The notes under the pieces: generated by a model
The model's database searches: none
The model's input: the letters and a program-made list of their open reading frames with translations, nothing else
What the model was told of the DNA's origin: nothing
DNA from: Dimargaris cristalligena
Lineage: Eukaryota
NCBI GenBank assembly: GCA_003614675.1
Contig: ML002288.1
Span: forward strand, 1 to 47,298
DNA length: 47,298 bases
Direction of reading: 5' to 3'
Translations under genes and position numbers: made by a program
Part shown: positions 37,101 to 47,298 of the stretch, one piece after another
Layout of the letters: each line of letters begins with the position of its first letter
Numbering within the stretch: position 1 is the stretch's first letter

Positions 37101-39061
37101 ATGCTCTTCTCGTATCTACTTAGTTCCCGGCGAAACTCCGCTCCCCAACCCCCCCTGCTTAGCTGTACCTCGGAAACTGCTCCCCCGGCTTCGTCGAGTA
37201 ATGGGTGTGGTGGTTCCTTGCCCTCCCGGCGGCCTGCCTTAGACGGGACAACGGCCCACCCTTGTTTGGCGGACCCGGGGTCGTCCACCGGGGGGGTGCC
37301 CGGCCCGGACCCCGCCGTCGCCCTGTCCTACCCCCTGGCCCGCACTTTCCCCCGTGGTGGGGGAGGTTCGGCCACCGCCGCCGCCACCACCCCCCGGTTG
37401 GGTGAGACGGCCAGTGGAGGCGGGGTAAATGGGAACCCCCACCTCAGTCCCCAGGCGAGTTACCAGACGCTGGGGCGGCGGCCCCTGCTGGCCGACCAGC
37501 CCGAACAGAGCCACTCGGCCCCGCACCCGGTCCCGACCCACCTGTTACAACGGACCCCATCCGTCAGTCATATAGAAGGGGGTGGGGCCACTGCTTCGGC
37601 GACAGCAACAGAGGGAGCGGCAGCGGTGGGACCCGTCGTCCCTCTGCACCTCTCGGCCCCGGGTCTGGGTTCGACCGCGGAGTCGTCCCCAACTTTGGTT
37701 TCCCGGACCTCCACTCCCCTTTCCGACCCCGAATCCCCTTCTCCTTCTGTTCTCCCCCACGTATCCTCCCGATTATTATTGACCGGTTCCCTGCCCCATA
37801 TGCCCCGGAAACGACCCCGCACGTTTTATCACCCCGTTCCCCATATCATGCAGGTAAGTAGTCAATGAAGGGGGACACCGCCCTGAATTCAACCCTCCTT
37901 GGGCCATGCAGTCGTTCAACCGGTTTTTTACGGCGGCCCGGTGGCTCCGATCCCGCAACCTCCCGCGACTTAGGAGGAGGGTCCACGGAAAGAGCCGTGT
38001 TCGGAGGTGGTACAGGATTCTGGACTTATTCGGGTCTACTGTGTATATACACCCCCTACCGCACCCTTCATCTAAAATTAACTACGGAACCCTTCTAATA
38101 TTCACCACCTGCATATTCTGACATTTTGGAAATTGCCCCCCCCCCCATATACCCCCCTAAATTATCCCGTCGTCCCTCCGTCGTAGTGGTACTCTTGGGA
38201 TTGTGGCCTGGCCTGCGTCTGTATGATCCTCCACTACTACGGGCTCACCCAATTCAACATGGAGGATCTCCTCCGCTACTGCAAATGCGAGTCCATTTGG
38301 ACGATCGATGTCGCCTTCATTCTGCGCAAATTCTTGGGAGTTGATTTTACCTATTACACCCGCTACCTAGGGATCAACCCCGAATACGCCGGCAATACGT
38401 TTTACCAGGACACCATCGACGAGGACCAGCAGCGCGTCGAACAGCTGTTCCAAGTGGCCCATCGGAACAACGTGCGTATCATTCGGATTGCCCTGCCGCT
38501 CCTGGATATAAAACGCTTTGTTGCCGAACGGAAATTCGCGATCATTATGTTGGTTAATGCGCGGCTCCTGCGGTGCGAGTATTGTACGGTAGGTATTACT
38601 AGTCCCTCGCCCCATCTATCCTCCCCCCCTTTCGCTTCGTTTGGTTTAGGACTCGTATTTTAATAGAATAATGTTCAAGAAGGATTAGTTACGTACGCCC
38701 CGGCGAATTGGTTTCACCCCTACAACATTGCTAATGCCTATTTCTATGCTTAATTGTAACCCTTGTTGAATGTTTTTTACTCACCCGGCTACGTTGGGTA
38801 ACCATTACACTATATTCCCCTCCGTAGCAAGAGTCCAAGCGGACGCACTGCCTATCCTACACCTGCCTAAAGACGCTCTTTGACACCAAGGAGTACGTGG
38901 GCCACTTTATCCTGGTGGTCGGGTACAACTTCATCCTCGATACGTTTTATTACCGGGATCCGGCACTGGAAGATGAGCTGTGCCAGATTAAGGCATCGGT
39001 TCTCGAAAAGGCCCGGGCCAGCGATGGGACTGACTTTGACAGTATCGTGGTGCGACTTTGA
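37101..39061 (+). CDS. GUCD1: GUCD1 (papain/C39-like fold) with long low-complexity N-terminus, 3 exons; start uncertain
   Basis: Exons 37101-37853, 38187-38588 and 38828-39061. Splicing gives PVPHIMQ|WYSWDCGLAC; also SIWTIDVA, YVGHFILVVGY, YYRDP and ARASDGTDFD. The first in-frame ATG is 37101 but the frame is open from ~36675. Confidence 0.85.
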
Positions 39062-40373
39062 TCGGCATTGTGACTGTTCAGTCGGTGCTTCCACCCAAGG
39101 CCACACGGGATTATCTGGCCACATCCCATACCATACTAGAGTGTTGCCTACCGATCTTCATATTGAAAAAACTCCAGCATCATCTTCATTAGTAGGAAGT
39201 CCAAGGCCATTCGCCTCGACCTTCACCAATACCACACCTCTCCTGATGTACCTTGCTTACCATTGTTTCATTGTTTCCTGTTCTCCGCACCTATCCACCT
39301 CGGATAGGACTCGTCCCGAATTATTATTCTTTAACCACCCTTTCGAAGTCTGTAATTTTAGCATCAGCATACCATTTACCCATTCTATTCACACCGAGCT
39401 GCCTTCTTTTAATGTCCTCCTATTTAGCGGGATTTTCTTTTCTTTTTTCGGGTTTACTTTTTCTCGTCGCCATAGGTAGGGTCATGCACCTTCTCCTCTC
39501 TGCTGGCCGCTCATTCATGCACATAGTCTACAATTTTTTACACCCACTGTCGTTATATTCTATTTTTTTACTCATGAGTTCCTTTCCTCTACTCAATACC
39601 GATATTGATGTAATTGTACTCCTTTTTACACATTTCTTATACTACTAAATCCGGAGCCCACGTTGCCCTTGTGGTGGTCGACTCGACCCACCTACTTAAT
39701 GGGTACCCCGTTGGTCTCCACCCTATACATTTTTCTGAACACATAGAGTAAAGCGTTGACTGGCAGGGATGAAGGGGGCGGGGTTAAACCTTCGGAACAA
39801 GCCTGTTTGACTAGGAAGCTATTACATCTCTTGCACCATTCCACTGCTGGCCAATTATTATTTTGTTGCCTATGGGCCAGATGAAACTCTAAAGATGATG
39901 GGCGTCAATCAGTTGTTGGGGGAAGTATACTGTACAGAGAATCTGGAAAGCGGCCGTAGTGTGTGTATGTGTGCCTCTTCTGGTCTCCATGCCGTCCAGT
40001 CCAATCAGTAAAGGTCTATTATGAAGGATTATAAATAAACGGACTCGCTGCAGTTGGCCGCTCACATTGAGAAGGGAAAAGGACAGCTGGGTGATTGTGA
40101 CATGTCCGCTAGATGTCGGTTTATGCCCCAATCCAAACGTCAACTGGCTGTATGGAGGAGGGGGTGTCGTTGGGAAGAAACGGGTCAGCCAGAATCACGC
40201 CAGTTCAAGAATTTAGTCTTTTAGATGGCAAGATATAGAGGATACCATAAAAGAGATTGGGGCAGATGTGGGGGATTGTAGTCTAATAGAGGATATCTGC
40301 TTATCACCTGGCTGTCCTGCTAGGCATGGCCCTTGCCTGACCCTGACTTGGCCTTGCGTGTGCCTATCTTTAA

Positions 40374-40398
40374 ATATATATATATATATATATATATA
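40374..40398. repeat. (TA)n microsatellite
   Basis: Direct reading. Confidence 0.9.
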
Positions 40399-40867
40399 TT
40401 CATAAATGATTAAGAAAGACCTTGGGGCGCGGGGAAGATGGGGGTTGTGCTGTATCCTAACAGAATGACCAGCGAATACCGACCATTCGCCAGCCAAGGC
40501 CCCTTATTCTCTTCATGATAATAGTCAACCAAAAGTGGAGTGTATTCTGAGAGCCCCTCAACGTGCGGACCCCACCACTCCGACTACGACTTCCAATTGC
40601 GGGGACTCCGCACACCCACGCACATCCACACCTACTCACTAACTAGTAGAGTCCCCTTCCCCTTTTCGTCTTTGTATTTTTTTGGTCCTTTATTCAACTT
40701 ATCTTATTTCTATGTGCCTCTTAATACCTAATATTCTTCAACCCAGCTCTACTAAAACTAAACTCCGCTTTTCATTAACCGCCATTGTCGTCGGCCGTGC
40801 TGTCCAACGACCTTTCTGATGCTCACCAGCCAGGCGTAGCACTGGGCTTTTATTATATCCCCCTCTT

Positions 40868-40892
40868 ATATATATATATATATATATATATA
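40868..40892. repeat. (TA)n microsatellite just upstream of the Pro-rich gene start
   Basis: Direct reading. Confidence 0.9.
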
Positions 40893-40916
40893 CAGCTATA
40901 GAGCCAGCGGACGAGC

Positions 40917-43169
40917 ATGGCCCGCAGTGCCACGGCCTCCAAAAAAAAGCCTGCGAGCCAGCGGTCTCGTAAGGTGTCCACCACCTCCTCCCATTATAGC
41001 CAGAGTCCCAGCGGGATGGGCATCTTCCGGGAGAGTTTCGACTTTGATTCCATCGAAGATCCCTTTGCCAAGAAGGATAAGATCCCCTGGGAGTTGGCCT
41101 CGCAGGCCCACAAGAAGGCCACCACCAAGGCCCAATCTCCGTCTACCCCTATACTCCCCGCCGCACCGGTGCCGGCCCCGGCAGCCCTACCGCCTCTTTC
41201 ACCCGTCGAAGCGCCGCCTACTTCACTTTTAACTCCGCCCGAACCTCTCTCCCCTCCTAGTAGCGATTCTCTTCATTCTCTTCCTACGCAACAACAACCA
41301 CCCATATCACTATCGCTATCACTGTCGCCACCACAGCCCCAACCCCAACCACCTGCTCAGCCCCGCTCCGCTCCACGCGACCGGAAACCACCGCATTCGG
41401 CCCAAACCATCACCCTCACCCCCTCGGCTTTACGAGTGACCACCGGTAACAAACCCGCCTCTTTACCCGCCCCCGGGAGTCCCCAAGAGTCGACCATCCC
41501 TCTGAGTGGTGGGGCCTCAAGCGGAGGTGCAGGCGTAATCTCCCTTCCGGTCACCCCGCACCAGCGGACCAACCCCGCCGGCCGGGCCACCTCCCCCATG
41601 TCCGCTCCCTCTAAAAACCTATCCATCGATTTCTCCGCCATTAAAGATCCGTTCAAGAAACGGGATAAAATCCCCATGACACCGATCGATAGTAACCCGG
41701 CCTCGAACCGGATTAGTCTCAATACCGATGCGGCCCTGATGCCGGGCGTCGCCGCCACCGTCACTGTTATGGTGCAGGATATTGACGGGGTGCCGGTGAA
41801 TCGTTACGCACCACCCCCTCCGCATCTTACTCCACCTAGTTTAGCCAATTCACCGCCCCAGTGGTCGCCACTGTCGGCGTTATCATCACCACCACTACCC
41901 CTACCGTCCACCATCGCGCCGCCGTCGTTGTCGGTAGCCCCCGCCACACCGGAGAACCATCATTCAACCGCCCAGCCGCGGGCGACCAGTCCGCTACCAT
42001 CGCCGAATAAATCCATCACCTTTACCGCGCAATCCTCCCCGCTGCCGCCGGAGGTCTCCAAGAAACACGACTTATTGCCCACTCCCTTCCGCAAACGGGA
42101 CAAAATCCCCATGTATTCCAAGTCCATGGAGGCCCTGGCGCATTCCAACTCCATCCGCCTTTCGCGACCACCCGGCAGCCAACCCCAGACCCCGTCCCAC
42201 ACCAAACCAGCCACAACCAGTAGCCCACCTTTAAGTTCCCCACCGGCCCTGGGTCGTCCGCCCCCACTGCGACTGAATAGCCCCGATTCCGGCCTTGGTG
42301 GGTGGTCACCAGGGCCCGTGGAGGAACGCCCGACTGCTCCACCGGCCGAATACGACAGGCCTCCGGCAGCAGCCACGACGGGCGAAATTCTGATCCCGAC
42401 GGTCTATAAACAACTCCGGCGGCAGGGGCATGCAGCCATTGCCGAACTGGATGACGACATGCGGCGGCGGTACTTTCTCACGGATAAATGGTACGCCCGC
42501 CAAAAGAAAATGTCCCCCCTCATGGATAGTATGTATGTCCTGGGCGACGGAGAGCATTCCACTCCTACGCCTACTCCATCCCACGGACACAGCCATGCCT
42601 CTGGCCCCCGGACTTCCTCTCCGCTAAGCCGGAAGGCCACCGCCGGTCGGGCTTCGGCGGCGGATTATATGTTGTCGAACAGTCCCCACCGACCGCCATC
42701 GGCCCAACCTATGCTCGCTCCGCCGAGCCGGACCGCGACACCCCAGGTACCCGGCGACGAACCGCGTCACCCCGGACGTCATCCTACGCCCCATGCCACG
42801 GCATCCCTGGATTCACTCGAATTATCCTCGCTCGACCCGAGTAGCGCTAACCTGCAATCGCTTATTTCAACCGACCCGTATCCGTCGCCCCAGACCCCTA
42901 ACATGCCGTCCCCGGATACACCGAACTCCCACTACCACCAGCAGATTCCTATGCCCCCGCACAGCCACAACCACAACCACCAATACCACCACTCTAACCC
43001 TTACCAATCCTACCAAAATCCACCACCGCATCCCGCTCACCACCACCAACCTACTTCGGCCGCCTGGACGTATCCTCAGCCCCACCCCGAATCACCCCCC
43101 AGTTCCGAGCATCCGGGCCACCAGCCCCCAGCGCGGCGTTCCCGGGTCTGCTGCTGTGCCCTTATGTAA
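40917..43169 (+). CDS. Pro/Ser-rich, largely disordered 750-aa protein with three PFxK(K/R)DKIP repeats and C-terminal CCCALM
   Basis: Long uninterrupted ORF with an internally repeated motif and a CaaX box preceded by cysteines and basic residues. Confidence 0.8.
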   Translation: MARSATASKKKPASQRSRKVSTTSSHYSQSPSGMGIFRESFDFDSIEDPFAKKDKIPWELASQAHKKATTKAQSPSTPILPAAPVPAPAALPPLSPVEAPPTSLLTPPEPLSPPSSDSLHSLPTQQQPPISLSLSLSPPQPQPQPPAQPRSAPRDRKPPHSAQTITLTPSALRVTTGNKPASLPAPGSPQESTIPLSGGASSGGAGVISLPVTPHQRTNPAGRATSPMSAPSKNLSIDFSAIKDPFKKRDKIPMTPIDSNPASNRISLNTDAALMPGVAATVTVMVQDIDGVPVNRYAPPPPHLTPPSLANSPPQWSPLSALSSPPLPLPSTIAPPSLSVAPATPENHHSTAQPRATSPLPSPNKSITFTAQSSPLPPEVSKKHDLLPTPFRKRDKIPMYSKSMEALAHSNSIRLSRPPGSQPQTPSHTKPATTSSPPLSSPPALGRPPPLRLNSPDSGLGGWSPGPVEERPTAPPAEYDRPPAAATTGEILIPTVYKQLRRQGHAAIAELDDDMRRRYFLTDKWYARQKKMSPLMDSMYVLGDGEHSTPTPTPSHGHSHASGPRTSSPLSRKATAGRASAADYMLSNSPHRPPSAQPMLAPPSRTATPQVPGDEPRHPGRHPTPHATASLDSLELSSLDPSSANLQSLISTDPYPSPQTPNMPSPDTPNSHYHQQIPMPPHSHNHNHQYHHSNPYQSYQNPPPHPAHHHQPTSAAWTYPQPHPESPPSSEHPGHQPPARRSRVCCCALM

Positions 43170-44197
43170 TTCTAATATCTTTTTCTCTCCCCTCCTCCAC
43201 ACCCCCCTTTCCTTCTCCCCTCCCTTTACTTTTTCACCCGCCCTACCCTGCCCTTCGGTTCGACTTTCCGGCTCAATGATGCTTTTTTTATACGATTTAT
43301 TTATTGTTCATGTCCGTAGTTACTTATGTTCACCATACCAGGCCGATTATTAGGCCGATTTTATCTAATGCCTCTGGATATGCTGTTTGAAACGATATGT
43401 GGCCCTATTGGCCCCCCTTAGAAAAATACCTTTATGGTTTTACTCGCCCTAGTTTTTATTAAATTCCGAGTGGTTGATTCTTTATAAACGAAATGGTTCA
43501 TGCCTCTTTACTAGTAATCCCGGAGATTTCATTGAAGAGTTATATCCAATAATCCGGGATCGTTAAATTTCAAAAGGAATGGATGGACTCTCGTGGTTAA
43601 AAGAGGTCCACGGTTGCTTAGCTGTCATATAAACAAGAGGGATGTGACTGTTACACAAACGGCCTTTAATGCAACCCCACCAGGTCCTCCACTGTTACTT
43701 GAGGCGGTAGGTCACCTGTGGAGCTTTGGGGTCAGCCGTACCCTCTTGGGAGGAAGAATACTTGTCCACAAGCAGGACAGGCGGAAGAAAGCTCACTTCG
43801 CAAAGTAGAGGGGAGGGGGTGGGCGCGTTAAAGGACTCTCGGTCCTTAATAAAGTTCGCTTGGCTGGCTCCCCCAATCCAGTTGAGTTGTAAATAGAAGA
43901 CACCACCACCACCATTGCCGCTGTCGAGTCAACTCAACCCCCTCCCTCCCTTCTCCACCTTTGTCATTTTGTGAATTTCCCCTCCATTAGTCCCATTCCT
44001 CGGTTGGACTTGCCCTGCTTAGCCTAGAGACCGTGTCATTCGATCCTCATCCCCACAACCACCCCCTCCTCTCTTTTTCATCCAGCCTTACCCCCCTCCC
44101 CCCAACCTCTCTCGCTTGACGACCCCGCGCCCGTATTATACCCCTTTTCCACCCATTCACCTTCCATTTCCCGACCACTACCGTCGCCCGCACCACC

Positions 44198-45081
44198 ATG
44201 GCCGCTCTGCAGAAGGACCGCAAATTCATCGCCGTTATTGGCGATGAAGACTCCGTGACCGGGTTCCTCTTATCCGGTATTGGCCACATTGACGCTCGCC
44301 AGAAGTCCAACTTCCTTATCGTGGACTCTAGTAAGTAAGCCCCTTACCCGCTGTTCCTGCCGAGCTTAAATAAGCCAGTGAAGCGCTTGGTGTTTCTTGG
44401 CGGGGCGGGCCGGCCGGCATGTGTAAAGGAGTTCAGGGTATATATACTCCGAGAATTATGAACTTCTCGTTGGCCAATATACGCCCCGCTTCGCTGCGCT
44501 GACTTTACCCCTCCCCCGTCATTCCCGGCCCGCACAGTTAGGTTTCCTTTGCGGTATTTAGGATGTTCTATAGGTGTATTGCTAAATTTGGATGCCTCTA
44601 ACCCAATATCTATTTATATACGCTGGTGGCTTTATTTATAGAAACCCCTCTGTCGACAGTCGAAGAGGCTTTTACCGAATTTACCAAGCGAAAGGACATT
44701 GCCATTATTCTAATTACCCAACAGGTAGGTTCGCCAATAGTAGCTCATATCTACTCACCGGGTTATTCGTTTGTTTTACCGCCTCATTCCGCTCCTCGTA
44801 TAATAGCCAAACACCTTTGGGTGTATTCTTAAATGGCCCACTACAGCATCACCCCCCTATTAACTCCATACACATCTATCAAATCGTATTACCACCACTC
44901 CGCTCGTCAAAAACTCTACCCCTACCCCCCCCCCCGCCAGGTGGCCGAGGAGATCCGCCATCTCATGGACGAACATAATGCGGCCTTCCCCACCGTACTT
45001 GAAATCCCCTCCAAGGACCACCCGTACGATCCGTCCAAGGATTCCGTGCTCAAGCGAGTCCAGCGTCTGTTTGGCGAATAA
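44198..45081 (+). CDS. VMA7: V-type ATPase subunit F, 3 exons, 118 aa
   Basis: Exons 44198-44330, 44642-44724 and 44941-45081. Motifs [30 protein letters not shown] and [21 protein letters not shown]. Confidence 0.97.
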
Positions 45082-46488
45082 TTCATTTAATCCAACCACC
45101 CTAGTCGTGGCGGGAATACATACATATATATATATATATATATTCAACACTCCTTGTGAATCAGCAATTTTGCGGATTTTACTCGGAGGGTGGATATACT
45201 ACAACGTTTGTCCCTTTTTCTCTTTCCCTCTCCCTGAGTCGGCCCACCCCTTTGGTTCCATAAAAAAATATTCGAGCCTTACTGGGTAAAATGCAATGTA
45301 TTCACCGGGCCGTTTTTTGTATGGTGTTATTTTCCCCTATAAAGCATTTCCTTTGTAGCAATTTCCCCTGGGCCCTTTAACTGCTGTAGAATGGCTCAAT
45401 GATGCTGGGAATGGGGGCTAAAATGCGCAATTGAATGACTATGTAGTCGCTGAATTGAATCGAAATTCCCAGTATAGAGGCTCTTCGCTGCTCCGGCCCA
45501 AATATCAAAGTGTGTCTACACTAGTATAGCTTTTCTATCCAGTAGTGGGAAATTGGTCGGACACACCACCTGATTTCCACCCGCCGGGCTCATCCTAAAG
45601 GTGGCTGGAAAGTGTAATGAAGAGTTGCACAAGGGACTGGTACTCTAAAGGGCATTTTCCCCAAGGGTACGCGTCTAACTAAAGGAACGTATCTCAGCCG
45701 ATAATAGGGCCCTCAAAAGCAATTGCTAATATTCGAATGGTCTGCCGTATCCTCCGTTGATGGGGTAGTACGCCTGTTCGTAGAGTCCTTTCTATATTAG
45801 TGCCAGTATCGGCCAGGTTCCTTAAAGAAACCACACACACTCTCACACTCTCACCCTCTCCCCCATCCCACATGAACATGGTGGCACAAGCGAAATAACC
45901 CTCATCCCTTTATTCTATTTAACATCCATTTATTCCGTAAAGCTGGAATAGGAATCCCGAATGGACTAAAGGGTCGAAGAGAAAAAGGGGGAGCTCATCA
46001 GGGACCTCTCTATTCGACGGGAAATTCGGGTGCGTGAGATTACCTTCGCCAATGAAAACACAGGATGGCTCCACCCAACCCGCAAAGATGCCACCTGTTG
46101 TTACATGTACCGGTAGGGCCGTATAATTTTTGGCTATGCTCGTCGGTGACACACCACCACAGCCTCCCTATTCTCATTGCTGGAACGTATATGTAGCGAT
46201 GGTCTATAAAAGCATGTCGACGGACCTCTCACTCCCGTGGTAGTATATAGTACACAGCTTCCAATTGCCAATCCTTGTTCCCTCTTTCGCTCTGCTTTAC
46301 TAGCCCTTTAACCGTATTTTTGCAAAAAAATAATTTTGCGGTTGGATTCTATTATTATTATTATTATTATCACAATTTGGACCAGTATTGAATACTAGGC
46401 CATTTCGCTACTCCACGTACGTCTATAGACTGACCTCGATTTTCATTCAACCTTTCTTTTAAGTGAACTCGATTACACTCTCGAAAAT

Positions 46489-47298
46489 ATGAGAGCTTTC
46501 ATTTCTGTGTTTGCCTTGATAGGACTGCGTATCGCTGAAGTGGTTTCCCTGCCCCCTCCTTGGCCCATTCTGGGACAGTCCAACCGCGCGGCCGAACCCG
46601 TGGTATTCCGAAGCGGGAATGATGCCGATATTTCTGGCAACGACTATTCTCTCACCGAGTCGCCCAGTTCAATCAGCGATAGAAGCAGCATCTTTAACCC
46701 GTCTAGCTTCCCCTCTGCCGACGATCAGGTAGAACTTAATGATGGCTTTATTCCCATCTTATACATATATATATATTTCAAATAATTTAAGATAATCTAT
46801 TACCGGGAATGCGTCGATTCATCTGCACAGGGTTTAATTAGACGTATTAACTTGTTTCCGTTTGCAACCGCTGGGCCTGAACATTATTATTATTATTGAT
46901 TCCTAGATTCCCGGGGATTGGGACAGCAGTGAGACTCGCCTACTCGAACGTTCCCTTACCAGCCCTGAGGACTGGAGTAGTGCCTCTAACTCATGGATTA
47001 AGTTGGCCCCCCTCGAAATTTTGGACACTTTGGCAGCCATCCTTTCAGAGAATGAACTGGCTCGTCTGAAAAGCGGGGCGGGTCCCGAGGACAAATCCGA
47101 GGACCCGGAGACCGGGGGACCGAATACCCAGGACCCTGGTCTCCGAATTCCCATCGATTTCGCTAAAGTTGAGTTGATGGGGGCTTTCGAGCGCGAGTTT
47201 CCGCTGGTGAACCAGGCGATCTCTACTGCTACTACTACACTGGCCTATTTGCTGAAGGTCATTCCCGACCAATCAGTACCAGTATCAGTATCAGCATC
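46489..47298 (+). CDS. Putative secreted protein of unknown family, paralog 3, 3'-truncated by the window edge
   Basis: Exon 1 46489-46728 starts MRAFISVFALIGLRIAEVVS. Intron 46729-46906 (GTAGAA...CCTAG). Exon 2 from 46907 is open to the end: IPGDWDSS...WSSASNSWIKLAPLE...RIPIDF...EREFPLVNQA...LAYLLKVIP. Confidence 0.75.

Noticed and set aside
37865..38121. Short ORFs within GUCD1 intron 1
   Set aside because: Direct splicing 37853 to 38187 restores the conserved Q-x-x-x-WDCGLAC spacing, so no extra exon is needed.
47171..47200. Apparent frameshift in secreted paralog 3
   Set aside because: Recounting the G run (ATG GGG GCT) shows the frame stays open to the window end.

Overview
Eukaryotic, intron-containing fungal genomic DNA with GT-AG introns, CTAAC/CTAAT branch points and many (TA)n microsatellites. 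Gene style suggests an early-diverging lineage such as Zoopagomycota/Dimargaris; this is inference, not a database result. Housekeeping genes reconstructed by manual splicing: mitochondrial EF-Ts (5'-truncated), CDC123, a Nop6-like RRM protein, SF3B5 (absent from the ORF track), Rac1, serine palmitoyltransferase LCB2, SNX3, a 10-exon mitochondrial carrier with 6- and 12-nt microexons, GUCD1, a Pro/Ser-rich CaaX protein and V-ATPase subunit F. Accessory content: (i) three dispersed paralogs of an unrecognised secreted-protein family sharing one phase-0 intron and a Trp-rich motif, the best candidate for an undescribed system; (ii) a 7TM-like membrane protein followed by two decayed tandem copies; (iii) two places where homopolymer or slippery sites separate coding-like frames (7TM C-terminus, GUCD1 N-terminus). 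No rRNA, tRNA, CRISPR array or recognisable transposon was found.
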